Under the pieces are notes generated by a model. It was given only the letters and a program-made list of their open reading frames with translations. It had not been told where the DNA came from and did not search any database. Below are positions 47,201-57,239 of a stretch of DNA of 63,875 nucleotides, one piece after another. Made by a program: the position numbers and the translations under genes. The stretch lies in NCBI RefSeq assembly GCF_016433145.1, contig NC_058133.1, positions 521,031,630 to 521,095,504 of the forward strand, read 5' to 3'. Positions within the stretch are counted from its first letter, which is position 1. Every line of letters begins with the position of its first letter. The stretch is from Gracilinanus agilis (lineage: Eukaryota).

Positions 47201-50200
47201 AGCTAGGCCAAGGAAGTCAGCCTAACTTACCCACGTGACAATATAGAGCGTAAGCGTTCTGTGGTCTCAGGAGATGCTTCTTCTTCCAGTTCGAGATGAC
47301 AACTGCCCCCACAGGAAGTTCACTAACTTACTTAAAGAGATAGTGTCTTTCATCACTTCCTGTGGTCCACCTCTAATTCAAATGGACAAATGGCAGTTTC
47401 TACATTGATTTGGACTGCCCCTTATTCTTGATTTGTTACTTATTGTCACGTGGGGGTAACTCGTCTCCCCTCCCCACTAAGGGAGGTGGGAGTGACATCA
47501 TTAGCACGCCTAGGTTGAATAGAATTTTGACTATTAATGGGCTCGAGCTAATTCTATTTACACAATCCCCCCTGATGATCATTGGGTGCCTAGTCACCCC
47601 AAGTGATCATGTTACACAACCATCTTCTACCACAAAGGTCCTTCTAACTACAATAGTTAGAGATAAGAGGGAAATGGAAAAGAGAGAAAGCAAAACCAGT
47701 GTTTTGCTAAGCGCGTTGACAAGAAACCAATTGGGGGCAGTCCCCAATCGGCATATCATGTACAATTAAAGTAGCTGTTCAAAACCCATCAGTCCATTCA
47801 TTAGTACCCAAAGTTCATTCTGGATCACTTGATGCAACAAACCCCATCAGTTCAATCAATTGCAACCCAAAGTTCATTCTGGATCTCTTGATTAAACGTA
47901 GGTTCTTCAGGCATCTCTCTGCAAACAGTTCATTCTCTGGATTAAGGAATCAGCAAGTTTTCTTTCCCTGAGAATTTTTCTCAAACAAAACCAAAAATTA
48001 AATCTTGGATTTAATAAAAATACGATTAATCTTGGATTTTATAAAAATACAATCCCCCCTGACGTGGGTATTTAGAAGGAAATACCCAGATCAGCTCAAT
48101 ATATATATTTGAGTCATGGGGTTGTATGAGTCAATTCAAAAGAAAAAAAAAAAGAAAAAAAATATAAAAATCAAATAGAAGAAAATTGAAGCTTTTGAAA
48201 AAGAAAGACATTAAAATCAAAATCAAAATATCAAAAGTTATGTACATAAAAAATTTTTTGAAGGAAGCAAAATAAATTTATAACAGGCCCTTGTATTAGG
48301 GTCTAATCAATTATAATTTCCATCCTACTAGTCTGTAGGATACAATGCAGTAATACTGCACTTACCCATTTGCAGCTAAGACTACAGGAAGTTGCCATTC
48401 TATAAGAGAGAAAAAAGGACCAGATTTAAATGCAAGGGAAGCGTCTGTCATTCCCTTTACTCTCAGGAATATATGGGTGAGCCAGATAATAGCCAACCTG
48501 CGGTACCTGACTGGCAGTGTAGTTCGGAGAGTCCTACGTCTTAACATATGTTAAGCGTCGCAGCTTCGATTCTTACACTGAGTTCAAGTCCTCAGTGTTG
48601 GCGTGGGAGTACCTCAATCCCACCTGTATATGTATGATCTTTAACCTTGTGCTCCTTGGCACTGTGCAGATGTTCTCAGCAATCCCATTGGATTTGTCGG
48701 TCGGTCTTCATGACCTTGTGCTTTCCTTAGCACCATTAATGGCTCATGTGTTCCCTTCTCCTGGAATTAGACAGAAGCATTAATCACAGTCCCATAACAT
48801 TTAACAATACATGGCAAGTTCTTGGAGTCTAAACCTTGTGAGTAAGCAGTAATATTACAGCAATTATATATATATATTAAAATTATAGCATTGCAAAAAA
48901 TAATGAAAAAAATTAAGTGATTATATGTACTCAAGTACAAGAAATGAGAAAAAGACAAAAAAATATCAATTATTCTATTAAAAGATATTAGGAAATCAAT
49001 AAGAAAATTAAAATAAATCAGGGAAAGAATCAAGACAAACCAATGATTCCAAATTAGCATCCATGAGTTTATGAACTGTTATCTCCAATGCAGGTAACAG
49101 GAAACAGTCAATCAGGTTCAATAGAAGATGCCCTCTTTACATGTGAGCAATGAATCCAAGAGTCCTTTTCTCCGATCTTTATAGCTGTTGGGGTGGTTAT
49201 TAAAATTTCAAACGGGCCATCCCATGAAGGCTGGGTTGCCCCAGTGCGCTGGAAGTTCTTTATATATATTTTGTCTCCTGGATTCAGGTCGTGAAGTGAA
49301 AAGTCTATTGGTCCTGCTTGTACTGCAGTTCCAGATTCATGGAGTTCACGCAGTCTGTGTTGCAATTCCTGTATATAGGAAGCAATAGAAGTATCTCCTC
49401 CTAATAGTGATGTATATGCAGGAGAAAAAGGTTTAGCCTGTATAGGAGGATGTCCAAAAAGCATCTCATATGGTGAGATGTGTAGATCTCCCCTAGGTCT
49501 GCTTCTAAGATAAAATAGAGCTAGAGGGAGAAATTTCAGGCTATTTTAGATGTGTCTCAGTACATAATTTGCCTATCATGGTTTTAAGTTCTCTGTTCAT
49601 CCGTTCAACTTGGCCTGAGCTCTGGGGATGATATGGTACATGGAATTTTGGAGTTATCCCCAGGCATGAATATATTTCAGATAAAACTGAATCAGTAAAG
49701 TGACTCCCTCTGTCCGAGTCAATACGTGTAGGCAGACCAAAACGAGGAATGATTTCTTTTAAAAGCACCTTGGCAACAAAGGCTGACGTGGCTCGGGCAG
49801 TAGGAAATGCTTCCGGCCACCTGGTCAGTTGATCTACTATGACCAGACAGAATTTATATTGTCCAGCCTTTGGCATTGTTATGAAATCAATTTGTAGGTA
49901 CTCAAAAGGTGTGTAAGCCAATGGACGCCCACCAAAAGCCTTGCCACGAAAGGCGTGTTGGTTATATGCTTGGCAAGTAGGGCAAGCTGCACACACTTTA
50001 GAGGCCATATGAGGTTATGCCAGGAGCTATCCATACTCTCTTAACAGAGTCCACGATGCCCTGGGTACTCAGAGTCCACGATGCCCTGGGTACCAAAATG
50101 ACCATTTTTACGAATAGATTGGCAAATTTGGCGATAAAAGTGTCTAGGGAGCAGGGGTTTTCCTTCAGAGGACACCCATACTCCATTTATCTGTTTGGCT

Positions 50201-53200
50201 TTAAATTTCTGCTTCCATTTTGTTACTTCCTTCTCATCATAGGAAAGTGAGAAATTTAAGTCATCAGTGGTTGTTAATGTTAAAATTAATTCAGGCCCCT
50301 CTATTGCTGCTAGCTTTGCAGCAATATCTGCCCGATTATTTCCCTTAGAGACAGGGTCAGTGCCACCTGTATGGGCAGAGCAATGAACTACAGCTAGGGC
50401 TTTGGGTAGTTGGAGAGCAGAAAGAACTTCATTAATAGTTTTTGCATTAGCTATAGATTTTCCAGCTGAGGTTAAAAATCCTCTCTGGAGCCATAACATA
50501 CCCACTGCATGACATATTCCAAATGCATATCGAGAATCCGTATAAATTGTAGCCTTTTTATCTTTGGCAATTATACATGCATGTTTTACAGCTATGAGTT
50601 CTGCGGCTTGAGCACTTAGATTTGAGGGCAGCGAAGCTGACCATACAGTGTTAAATTCTGTGACTATAGCAGCTCCAGTGTAGCGTATGCCATCCCTCAT
50701 AAAAGAACCATCAGTAAATAAAACTAGATCAGGATTCTCTAAAGGAGTGTCCAGGAGGTTGTCTCGAGGCTTTTCAGCCATGGACACTAGTGTTTCACAA
50801 TTATGTAAAGGTTCTTCTGAAACTGGTAAATCTGGAAGCAAGGTGGCTGGGTTAAGGGTTGTACAACGTTTTAAAGTAATATTTTCATTATTTAGCAAGG
50901 TTATTTCATATCTTGTAATTCTCTGATCAGAAAATGCCTGTGTTCTATGTCTTAGCAGTAATGCTTCCACTTCATATGTGGGCACATAATTGTTAATGGG
51001 CATCCCAATACTAGATCAACAGTTTTTGTCACTAACAGAGCTGTGGCAGCTACACCTCTAAGGCATGGTGGTGCACCTGCAGCTATAGGGTTTAGCTGAG
51101 CTGAATAATAAGCAATTGGACGCTGGTATGGTCCCAAAGTTTGGGTTAAAACACCTGAAGCTACTCCTCTACGTTCATGTACATATAAAGTAAATGGTTT
51201 GTTATAATCTGGGATGCCTAGAGCAGGAGCAGACAGAATAGCTTGTTTTAAATTTGATAGAGCTAACTTGTGTTCTGGCTGCCCAAGAGCAGGCATCTCG
51301 CCTCCCTCTTTGACCAAGATGCTTGAGCTCTTCTGACAGATGGTGGGCATAGGCACGCAGGGGGTGGAGGCCTGTCGATAGTCTCCCTTGAACAAACCGG
51401 ACAGTATTCTTGCTGCCCCTTTGCAGTTGTCCCTGGCCTGTCGGGGGCCTCCCGGGGAGCTCATGGGCTCGGAGCGCACGTGCCTCACCTGCCACCCGTG
51501 TTTGCCCACAGGTGTCCCAGGCTGTGAAGTGGCTGGTCTCTCACAGCCCCAGCAGCCTGGAGCTCTGCTGCCAGACTCTGCCGCAGTACATCGAGGACGG
51601 CGTGAGCCGTGAGTTCAGTGACCGCTTCTTCTATGACCGTAAGGAGCGGCGTGTGGCTGGCCTGCCCTCGCAGGAGCCCAGCGCCATCATCGAGCTCTTC
51701 AACAGTGTCCTGCAGTTCCTGGCAGGGGTGGCCTCCTCCGAGCACCTCTGCCACCTGTCCTGGCCCATCACCGAGTTTGCCGAGCCTGGCGGCAACAAGG
51801 TGCTGCCTCACCTCCAGTGGAATGCCCCTGACCACCTGGCCTGGCTCAAGAAGGCCGTGCTCTCCTTCCAGCTGCCCCACATGGACCTTCCCCCCCAGGG
51901 CGGTAGGTAGCCCCATGGCCTTGCCCGTTCACCGGCTCAGAGGACGCTGGACCCTTAGGCTTTGGTGCGGGGAGTGAAGGCCACAGCTAAGATTTAGGCG
52001 CCCAGGTCTGGTGGCCTTTGCCAACGACGGGCCAGATAGAAAAGGGTGGAGGGCACCAAGCATGTGTAAGAGGGCAAGAGGCGCCTGCTTGGATGATTTC
52101 TCTGTGTGAACCAGGACTGTGGGAGTCTTCTAGGGGCAAAACGGACTCCTCCAGGGCAGATCAATCTGCCCTTCAGGAGCCTTTGGGAACAAAGTGACTG
52201 GCCCAGGGCCACGCAGCCATTGTGGCCTGTTCAGAGGTGAGACCCAAAGCCACATCCTCAGGCTCCAGCATCCGCTGCTTGGATCAAGGCTTGAGGTACT
52301 CTCAGTCTGTGACCTTTCACAGAGGTACCCAGGCACCCTCTGGGATGTGCTCAGCCTCTTGGGCAGCCAGACAAACCTGGTCTGGAGACCTATGGCGGGA
52401 AGCCCTCATGAGAAAGCTTTGCTTTGCATTCTCCCTCTCCCTGGACCAGAAGAAGGAAAAAGCAGCCAAATTCCTGAGCCCTTTAAGCCTGTGACTGTGG
52501 CATGGTCTGGGCCTCAGCTTCCTTATGTGGGCAGTCGGGGGGCGGCGTGGGGTCTTCCAGACTCTGATGTCCTCTAGCCCTGTGACAGGGGCCTTAGCAT
52601 GGGCCTGAGTTCACTGGGTGCCCCACGGACCAGCAGCCAGAGTTGAGGTGCCGTGGCCTTCCCGGGCCTGATGCACATCTGGGGCTTTCTGTGACCTCAC
52701 AGGGGGCTGTTGGGAATTGCTGCGGCTAATTCCTGCCGCCCCTTAGCTATCGTGTGGATGGGGCCCCCCAGACTTACCTCCAGCCCAGGCCCCAGCGGCT
52801 AACGGGGCTCTCCGAGGTCCCTCCACAAGCATTTGGACCCACTGGGGGGCCTCTACAGAGGACTGGCCCTGGCCCGGCATGGGCTCCTCGTGCTGCCTGC
52901 TTTGTGCGTGCGTGCGTGTGGGTGGTTCTAACTGGACGTCTCGGGCCTTTTCAGCTCCCTGGCGTCCCGTGTGCACCATGATCTCCCAGTACGTTTCCCA
53001 GATCCCAAGCTGTCGCCAGACTCAGCCCATCCTTCAGTCGCAGGTGGAGAACCTTCTGAGCCGGACCTACGCCAGGTGGAGGAACAAAGAGCTCTGGGCC
53101 CTGGGTGAGACGGGCCCCTCCGTGGACGACATTCCCTGGGATGACATCCTCGCTCTCTGCATTAACCACAAGCTGAGGGACTGGAAGCCGCCCAGACTAC

Positions 53201-55995
53201 CCGTCACGTCAGGTAGTGAGCGGCCCAGATGCCGGAGAGATGCCACCTTTTCCCAAGGGGCTTAGGGTGCTTCCTGGCGAGGGGTGGGCCATGGGCATCC
53301 CCGGGAGCAGTGATCTTCAGGGAAGGACGTGTCCACTCCCCCCTCCCCATCTTTGTATCCCCAGAGGCTCTGAGTGACGACGGCCAGATCTGCGTTTACT
53401 TTTTCAAAAGCCACTTAAAAAACTACAACGTCCCCAGCTCGTGGGAACAGGCCAGGCTGCAGACCCAGAAGGGGGCCCCGAGGCACGGTCAGGGACGGTG
53501 AGTTGGGTCCAGTCCTGGGGCCTACAGGGGTGGACACGCATGTTCATCCCGTGGGGCCCTGGAGGCCGAAGGCTGTGCCCTCTTCCTCCCGCTGCCTTCT
53601 CTGCCCTCCCGTGGCACTGAGCTCCCTGGAATTCCTGTGGTGCCCACGTGCCACCCCTTTCTCCTCTATCTCTTACCTGAGGGCGAGGTGCGCCCACTTC
53701 CCTCCAGTCCTTTGGCCTTTGACGCCCTGAAGGGAGCAGACGGGTGGGCTGGTGGGCAGGGCCAGTTTCCAGACTTGCCTTGTCTGGGCTGGAGCCGTCA
53801 AACCCTTCCTGATGCCTCCTCGCTCTCCCTGGCTGGCCCGACACCCATCTGCCAGTTGTGCTTCAGCCTTGGCTCCTCTGCCCAGCTCTACAGACCCCCT
53901 CGAGTCCCACGCAGATCCCTCCGCCTCCATAGAAGGCCCCTTACAGCCTCCTCCCTGGGCTTGGTCAACCCCCTCCCCCAGGCCTTTGTCATTTCTCCCA
54001 GTGGATGTTCCAGGTTCCATTCCTGGGTCCTTGTGTTAGCTGCTGCTTCCCAAACCCCCCCCCGGTTGGAGTGACCCCAGCCTGAGAAGACCCAGCTATC
54101 TTCAGAGCAGCCCAGCATGGAGGGGGCCGAGTCTGGATTGGAGCTTGGCTCTTTCTGACTCCAGGGCAGCATTCTGTGCATGGAGATTTCCCCTGCTGGC
54201 CTCAGTGGTCTTAGTAGGTCAAGAGCCTTTGAAAGACATTCTCTTGGCATGTTTCCAGAGAAGTGCACCTCCTGCCCAGCTCAGGCCGTGCCCCAGACGG
54301 GCTCATGGTTCTAGCTTGGGTTGTCAGGGTGATGGCAGCCCCCGAGGGCTGCCCAGCAACTGAACTCATCCCTGACCCTTCGCTACCTCTAACCCTTCCC
54401 ATTTTCTTCTGACAGTTTGGGCATGAAATCTTCTCGATCGCCTGCCAAGGGCTTCTCCCCTCCGTGGCTCCAGGTCCCCCTCCGCGGGCCCAGGGGCCCA
54501 GAGAACGGGCGGGTGGGCCGCGTGCCCGATGCCGAGGAGCTCGCCCACACGGCCTCGGCCGAGGAGCTGCTCCCAGAGCGCCTGTCCGCCAGCCTTCAAC
54601 TGGAGAAAGAGGAGAGCAAGAGGTGGGGACTGGCCCCAGGGCTGGGCTTCGAGCTGCCAGGGTGGGCACCTGGGGACGGCCCTGACCCCAGAGCTGCTGC
54701 TTCCCCTGGCCCTGACACTGGCCCTGTCTGCTCCCCTCCAGCCCAAATGGTCCTCCCCAGTCCTTCCCCTTGGAGCCCATAGAGAGACAGACAGAAAAGG
54801 ACATTGGCGGGAGGAGGCGGGGGGCAGAGACACAGAGACGGAGACAGAGAGGGAGAGACATGGGGGAGCTGACCCGGGGCCCACAACTCGGTTTTCAGCT
54901 TGTCTGTTACTGGTCACTTTTCTTCCAGGGGGCGACATGAATGGGGGCAGCCCATGGGGTGGCGGGACAGTCTGGGCCTAATTCCCTTCCAGTGGCTCAT
55001 CCCTGTGGCCTTGAGAGCATGCCCAGGGGCCTCCTGCTGGGGCAGAAAGAAGGCCAGGGTGAGACCTCGAGTTCAAAAGCTGACACTGCCTTGTTCTGTA
55101 GTGGGTGCTGTGGCCCTCTCAGCCTGGGCCCCTTGGAACCAGATGCAGTGTCTCTGGAGGCTCCCAGAGGCTTCTGATGAGGGCCTGGAAGAGGGGCCCC
55201 CCCGTTGTGCCCCAGCTTTTCTTGGGGATGCCTGGGGAGGGCATGAGGGCGGGCCCTCTGAGGATCTGCTCGTGTTGTCTCCCGCCTCCCCTAGATTTGA
55301 AGATCGGCTGCGCCGGTGGCTGGCCGGGGACCTGGAGCCGGGGGCAGATGCCAGCTCCCTCCCCCTCTACCTCCCCCAGGCGCTGGTAGCGACACCCCAG
55401 ACCCTTCAGCCCGTGCTACGGATGGCGGCGGCAGTGCCTTCCGGCCCCCAGGTAAAGTGGGTCCTCCCGGGGTCTGGTTCAGAGGCGTTGGGACGGGCAG
55501 GGGTTTGCCATGAGACACCACCCTGTGTCCTCAGTGTCCCGTGTCAGGGTGTGCTTGTTCTCGGGCCCTGGGGTGCCTCTGCGGGGTCCTGACTGCCTCG
55601 GAGGACGGAGCGTCCTGGATCTCCTCCTTGGCCGTAGTCATTAGGATGCTCAGACTGTGTCCATCACTCCCCGAGAGGGCCTGGCCTCCCCACCTCGCTT
55701 TCCCGCTGGGCCCTCTGGACGCGTGTCCTCAGCCGTGCTCTCTGCTGGGCCTCTGGCCGCCGGTGGGAAGGATGAGCCTCCCCAGGACCGTCCGGAGCTG
55801 GCTCTGAGCCCGCCTTTCCTCCTTTCGCCTTCAAAGGACGAGGAGAGCGCCGAGCAGCCGCCGGCGTCCCCAGAGATGGACGCGTCTCTGACCGAGAAGC
55901 TGAGGCGCTTGGAAAGCCTGATCGAAAGGACCAAAGAGGAGGAGCTCGCCTGCGAGCGCCATCTCTCCACGCTGCTGGACATGGTGGACATTTGA
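8391..55995 (+). CDS. MCM3AP: GANP / MCM3-associated protein (TREX-2 scaffold). Exons: 8391-9603, 9733-9956, 16379-16457, 16748-16895, 18249-18445, 19952-20091, [two exons missing, probably in the N gaps], 21914-22076, 31955-32115, 33325-33566, 34016-34254, 34994-35094, 35377-35508, 35660-35773, 39206-39358, 40559-40756, 43138-43206, 43289-43423, 43779-43932, 44972-45227, 46598-46695, 51512-51902, 52955-53212, 53365-53497, 54416-54622, 55295-55451, 55837-55995
   Basis: N-terminus [11 protein letters not shown]...[13 protein letters not shown] with FG/FSF nucleoporin-like repeats. RRM-like segment [13 protein letters not shown]. Sac3-domain motifs [14 protein letters not shown] and [24 protein letters not shown]/acetylase region [11 protein letters not shown]-terminus [11 protein letters not shown]. 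All listed exons have AG/GT borders and compatible phases, and the synteny with YBEY and LSS is as known. Confidence 0.97.
11720..11925. mobile_element. hAT-superfamily MITE (206 bp)
   Basis: 15-bp TIRs CAGTGATGGGCAAAC / GTTTGCCCATCACTG and a perfect 8-bp TSD CTCTAGAT. Confidence 0.92.
12620..12817 (+). mobile_element. SINE1_Mdo-like tRNA/CORE SINE
   Basis: ggggcagctgggtagctcagtggat head, B box ggttcaaat, A tail, 15-bp TSD gaaaattgttttttg. Confidence 0.9.
12860..15700 (-). mobile_element. fragmented antisense L1 (ORF2 C-terminal part about 12860-14480; ORF1-region about 14755-15700)
   Basis: ORF 13122-13580 ([10 protein letters not shown]..., FAVAKNWK) and ORF 13888-14178 (VDQWNR...KNCWENW...YTRIKSKWI) are typical L1 ORF2 C-terminal motifs. 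The plus strand is T-rich. Confidence 0.85.
14645..14752. mobile_element. possible TcMar-Tigger-like fragment inside the L1
   Basis: Ends in cgagcgatgactg followed by TA, resembling a Tigger TIR. The left TIR is not seen. Confidence 0.35.
17096..17300 (+). mobile_element. SINE (older subfamily)
   Basis: ggggcagcta...gtggataga head and CORE gctgtgtgaccctggacaagtcacttaacc. Confidence 0.75.
18003..18194. mobile_element. hAT-superfamily MITE (192 bp)
   Basis: TIRs CAGTGATTCCCAA / TTGGGAACGCTG; 8-bp TSD ttctagct/atgtagct. Confidence 0.8.
18635..18800 (-). mobile_element. SINE
   Basis: Reverse complement of the same SINE family (aatcaatactgtgcattggttcc...cagatttgaaccc). Confidence 0.65.
21474..21545. 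repeat. (CCTT)n microsatellite between two assembly gaps (N 21235-21473 and 21581-21729)
   Basis: Directly visible. Confidence 0.97.
22350..22510 (+). mobile_element. MIR/CORE-SINE remnant (similar remnants near 19360-19530, 37220-37410, 37795-37960, 44620-44780, 56085-56140, 60440-60600)
   Basis: CORE-type text (gacc(c/t)tgggcaagtcactt...tttcctcatct(a/g)taaaatggg). Confidence 0.6.
23029..23689 (-). mobile_element. younger solo LTR inserted into the 3' LTR of the old provirus
   Basis: TG...CA ends, perfect 4-bp TSD gttt, tttatt (minus-strand AATAAA). Confidence 0.9.
25328..25632. mobile_element. hAT MITE, hAT1-like (305 bp)
   Basis: TIRs CAGTGATGGCAAGCCT / AGGTTGCTCATCACTG; TSD ttctagat/ttctaaat. 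Family name from memory of hAT1-type ends. Confidence 0.85.
25652..25851 (+). mobile_element. SINE1_Mdo-like SINE
   Basis: Full head, CORE and tail; 15-bp TSD aaatcattagcagag. Confidence 0.9.
29490..29890 (-). mobile_element. LTR-like insertion inside the intron 9 provirus
   Basis: Starts tgtaagaa with tttatt on the plus strand, like the other minus LTRs. The right end and TSD are not resolved. Confidence 0.5.
31074..31277 (-). mobile_element. SINE inserted in the 5' LTR of the old provirus
   Basis: Reverse-complement SINE with TSD cctgggatga(ta/cg)ttc. Confidence 0.85.
32441..32650 (-). mobile_element. SINE1_Mdo-like SINE
   Basis: Reverse-complement full copy; TSD cccaacctgctttt. Confidence 0.9.
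32758..32960. mobile_element. hAT MITE, same family as 11720-11925, opposite orientation
   Basis: Same 15-bp TIRs, perfect TSD GTCTAGGG; internal sequence aligns to the reverse complement of the 11720 copy. Confidence 0.92.
38008..38213 (+). mobile_element. SINE (tail variant) with a long poly(A)
   Basis: TSD aaagaatttaatgtttg. Confidence 0.88.
38256..38970 (-). mobile_element. ERV1-class solo LTR
   Basis: TG...CA ends, perfect 4-bp TSD gagc, minus-strand AATAAA. Confidence 0.9.
41520..42010 (+). mobile_element. possible very old RTE/L3-type LINE RT fragment
   Basis: Translation [10 protein letters not shown]...[12 protein letters not shown] loosely resembles the YLGS...RI.KAS..FGRL..VW block of non-LTR RTs. 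Weak. Confidence 0.3.
44177..44372 (+). mobile_element. SINE
   Basis: Head gggcagctgg...gagagccaggcccagagacgggaggtcctgggttcaaat, CORE, A-rich tail. Confidence 0.85.
46919..47564 (-). mobile_element. 3' LTR of the intron 22 ERV
   Basis: TG...CA ends, preceded on the minus strand by the PPT AGGGGGGAT; tttatt (AATAAA on minus) near 47041. Confidence 0.85.
49108..51285 (-). pseudogene. pol: ERV (class I) pol fragment: RT connection, RNase H and integrase, with a few disabling lesions
   Basis: RNase H acidic residues intact ([26 protein letters not shown]). Integrase zinc-finger remnant GH...CPTC and the D-D-E triad (QIDF, IDSDRG, QVERMN), with a GPY/F-type C-terminus. Lesions seen: frameshift near 50980, 25-bp tandem duplication at 50045-50093, frameshift near 50005, TGG>TAG plus a 1-nt insertion at 49530-49543. 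Confidence 0.93.
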
Positions 55996-56526
55996 GGGGG
56001 GGAGGGACACGAAGGACGTTCTCTGCAGATGCTGCACCCCCAGCCGGACGGGCCATCAATCATGGAACAGGCCTGCTCCGGCCCGAGCCTACCTCACAGG
56101 GTTGTTGTGAGGACAGGATCATGTGTGTAAAGTGCTTGCTAAGACCCCCGCCCAGGCTTCGTGCTTTGCTGCCCGCTCGCCCCCCACCCACAGCCCCCTC
56201 GGCCCCACGGAGAGGTGGACAGGCAGACTGCAGTAGAACCAGGGGGTCCCAGCTGCGGGGTGCCCTCGTGGACGTGCCGCTTTGTGCCNNNNNNNNNNNN
56301 NNNNNNNNNNNNNNNNNNNNNNNNNNNNNNNNNNNNNNNNNNNNNNNNNNNNNNNNNNNNNNNNNNNNNNNNNNNNNNNNNNNNNNNNNNNNNNNNNNNN
56401 NNNNNNNNNNNNNNNNNNNNNNNNNNNNNNNNNNNNNNNNNNNNNNNNNNNNNNNNNNNNNNCACGGAGAGGTGGACAGGCAGACTGCAGTAGAACCAGG
56501 GGGTCCCAGCTGCGGGGTGCCCTCGT

Positions 56527-56528
<2 letters not shown>

Positions 56529-56595
<67 letters not shown>
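56529..56595. repeat. (GT)n microsatellite next to the N gap 56289-56462
   Basis: Directly visible. Confidence 0.97.
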
Positions 56596-56598
<3 letters not shown>

Positions 56599-57239
56599 TG
56601 GAGCCTGCGGGGAGGAGGCCAGCACGGGGAGGCCGGGGTGTTAGTGAAGGCCACCGTCCTGGGCTGCTCCGGAGGCTGCGTCTGGGAATGGGCTGGGGGT
56701 GATAATTCTGCCGCCTTCTGGCCTCTAATCCCTCTGGAAGGGGCCGGCCCTGTGCCCAGGGTGGGGTACGAGGAGAGGCCGGCGCAAGGGGGGCCTGTGA
56801 GAGGCTGGTTCAGGCCTCCCCCCCCCCATGCCAGCTGCTTTTGGCTGCGGCCGCCATGGGTCAGGCAGGCAGAGCCCCCTGGGCCGGGCCGTGTGCCCGC
56901 CGGGTAGATGTGCCTGCTTTTGACCATTATTGTGTCTCAGGAACCAGTGGGGGGGTGGCCTTGGCGTCCTGCTTCCCAAGCCCCCAGGCTCAGAGTTGAG
57001 ACAGACCATGCTCCCATGTCCCAGAGGGCTGCACAGGACACCCGGGGTGGCTGGGAGGGGAGAAGAGGAGAGGTGGGGTGCAGGGGCTGGGGGGGGCGCT
57101 TGGAAAAAGGGTTCATTTTGGCAGGGAAGAAGTGAGAGCGACAGGAAGGGCCCTGTAGCCATGCGCTTCTCCAGCTCTCTATCACTCCCACTTTACGGAG
57201 GGGAAAACTGAGGCCCAGAGCTGACTCCAGCTGCCCGGC

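Noticed and set aside
49541-49543. TGG>TAG in integrase as an APOBEC editing signature
   Set aside because: A single event with no visible run of G>A changes is not evidence of editing.
55992-56927. ORFs with poly-CV or poly-HT tracts
   Set aside because: Translation of (GT)n and N gaps.
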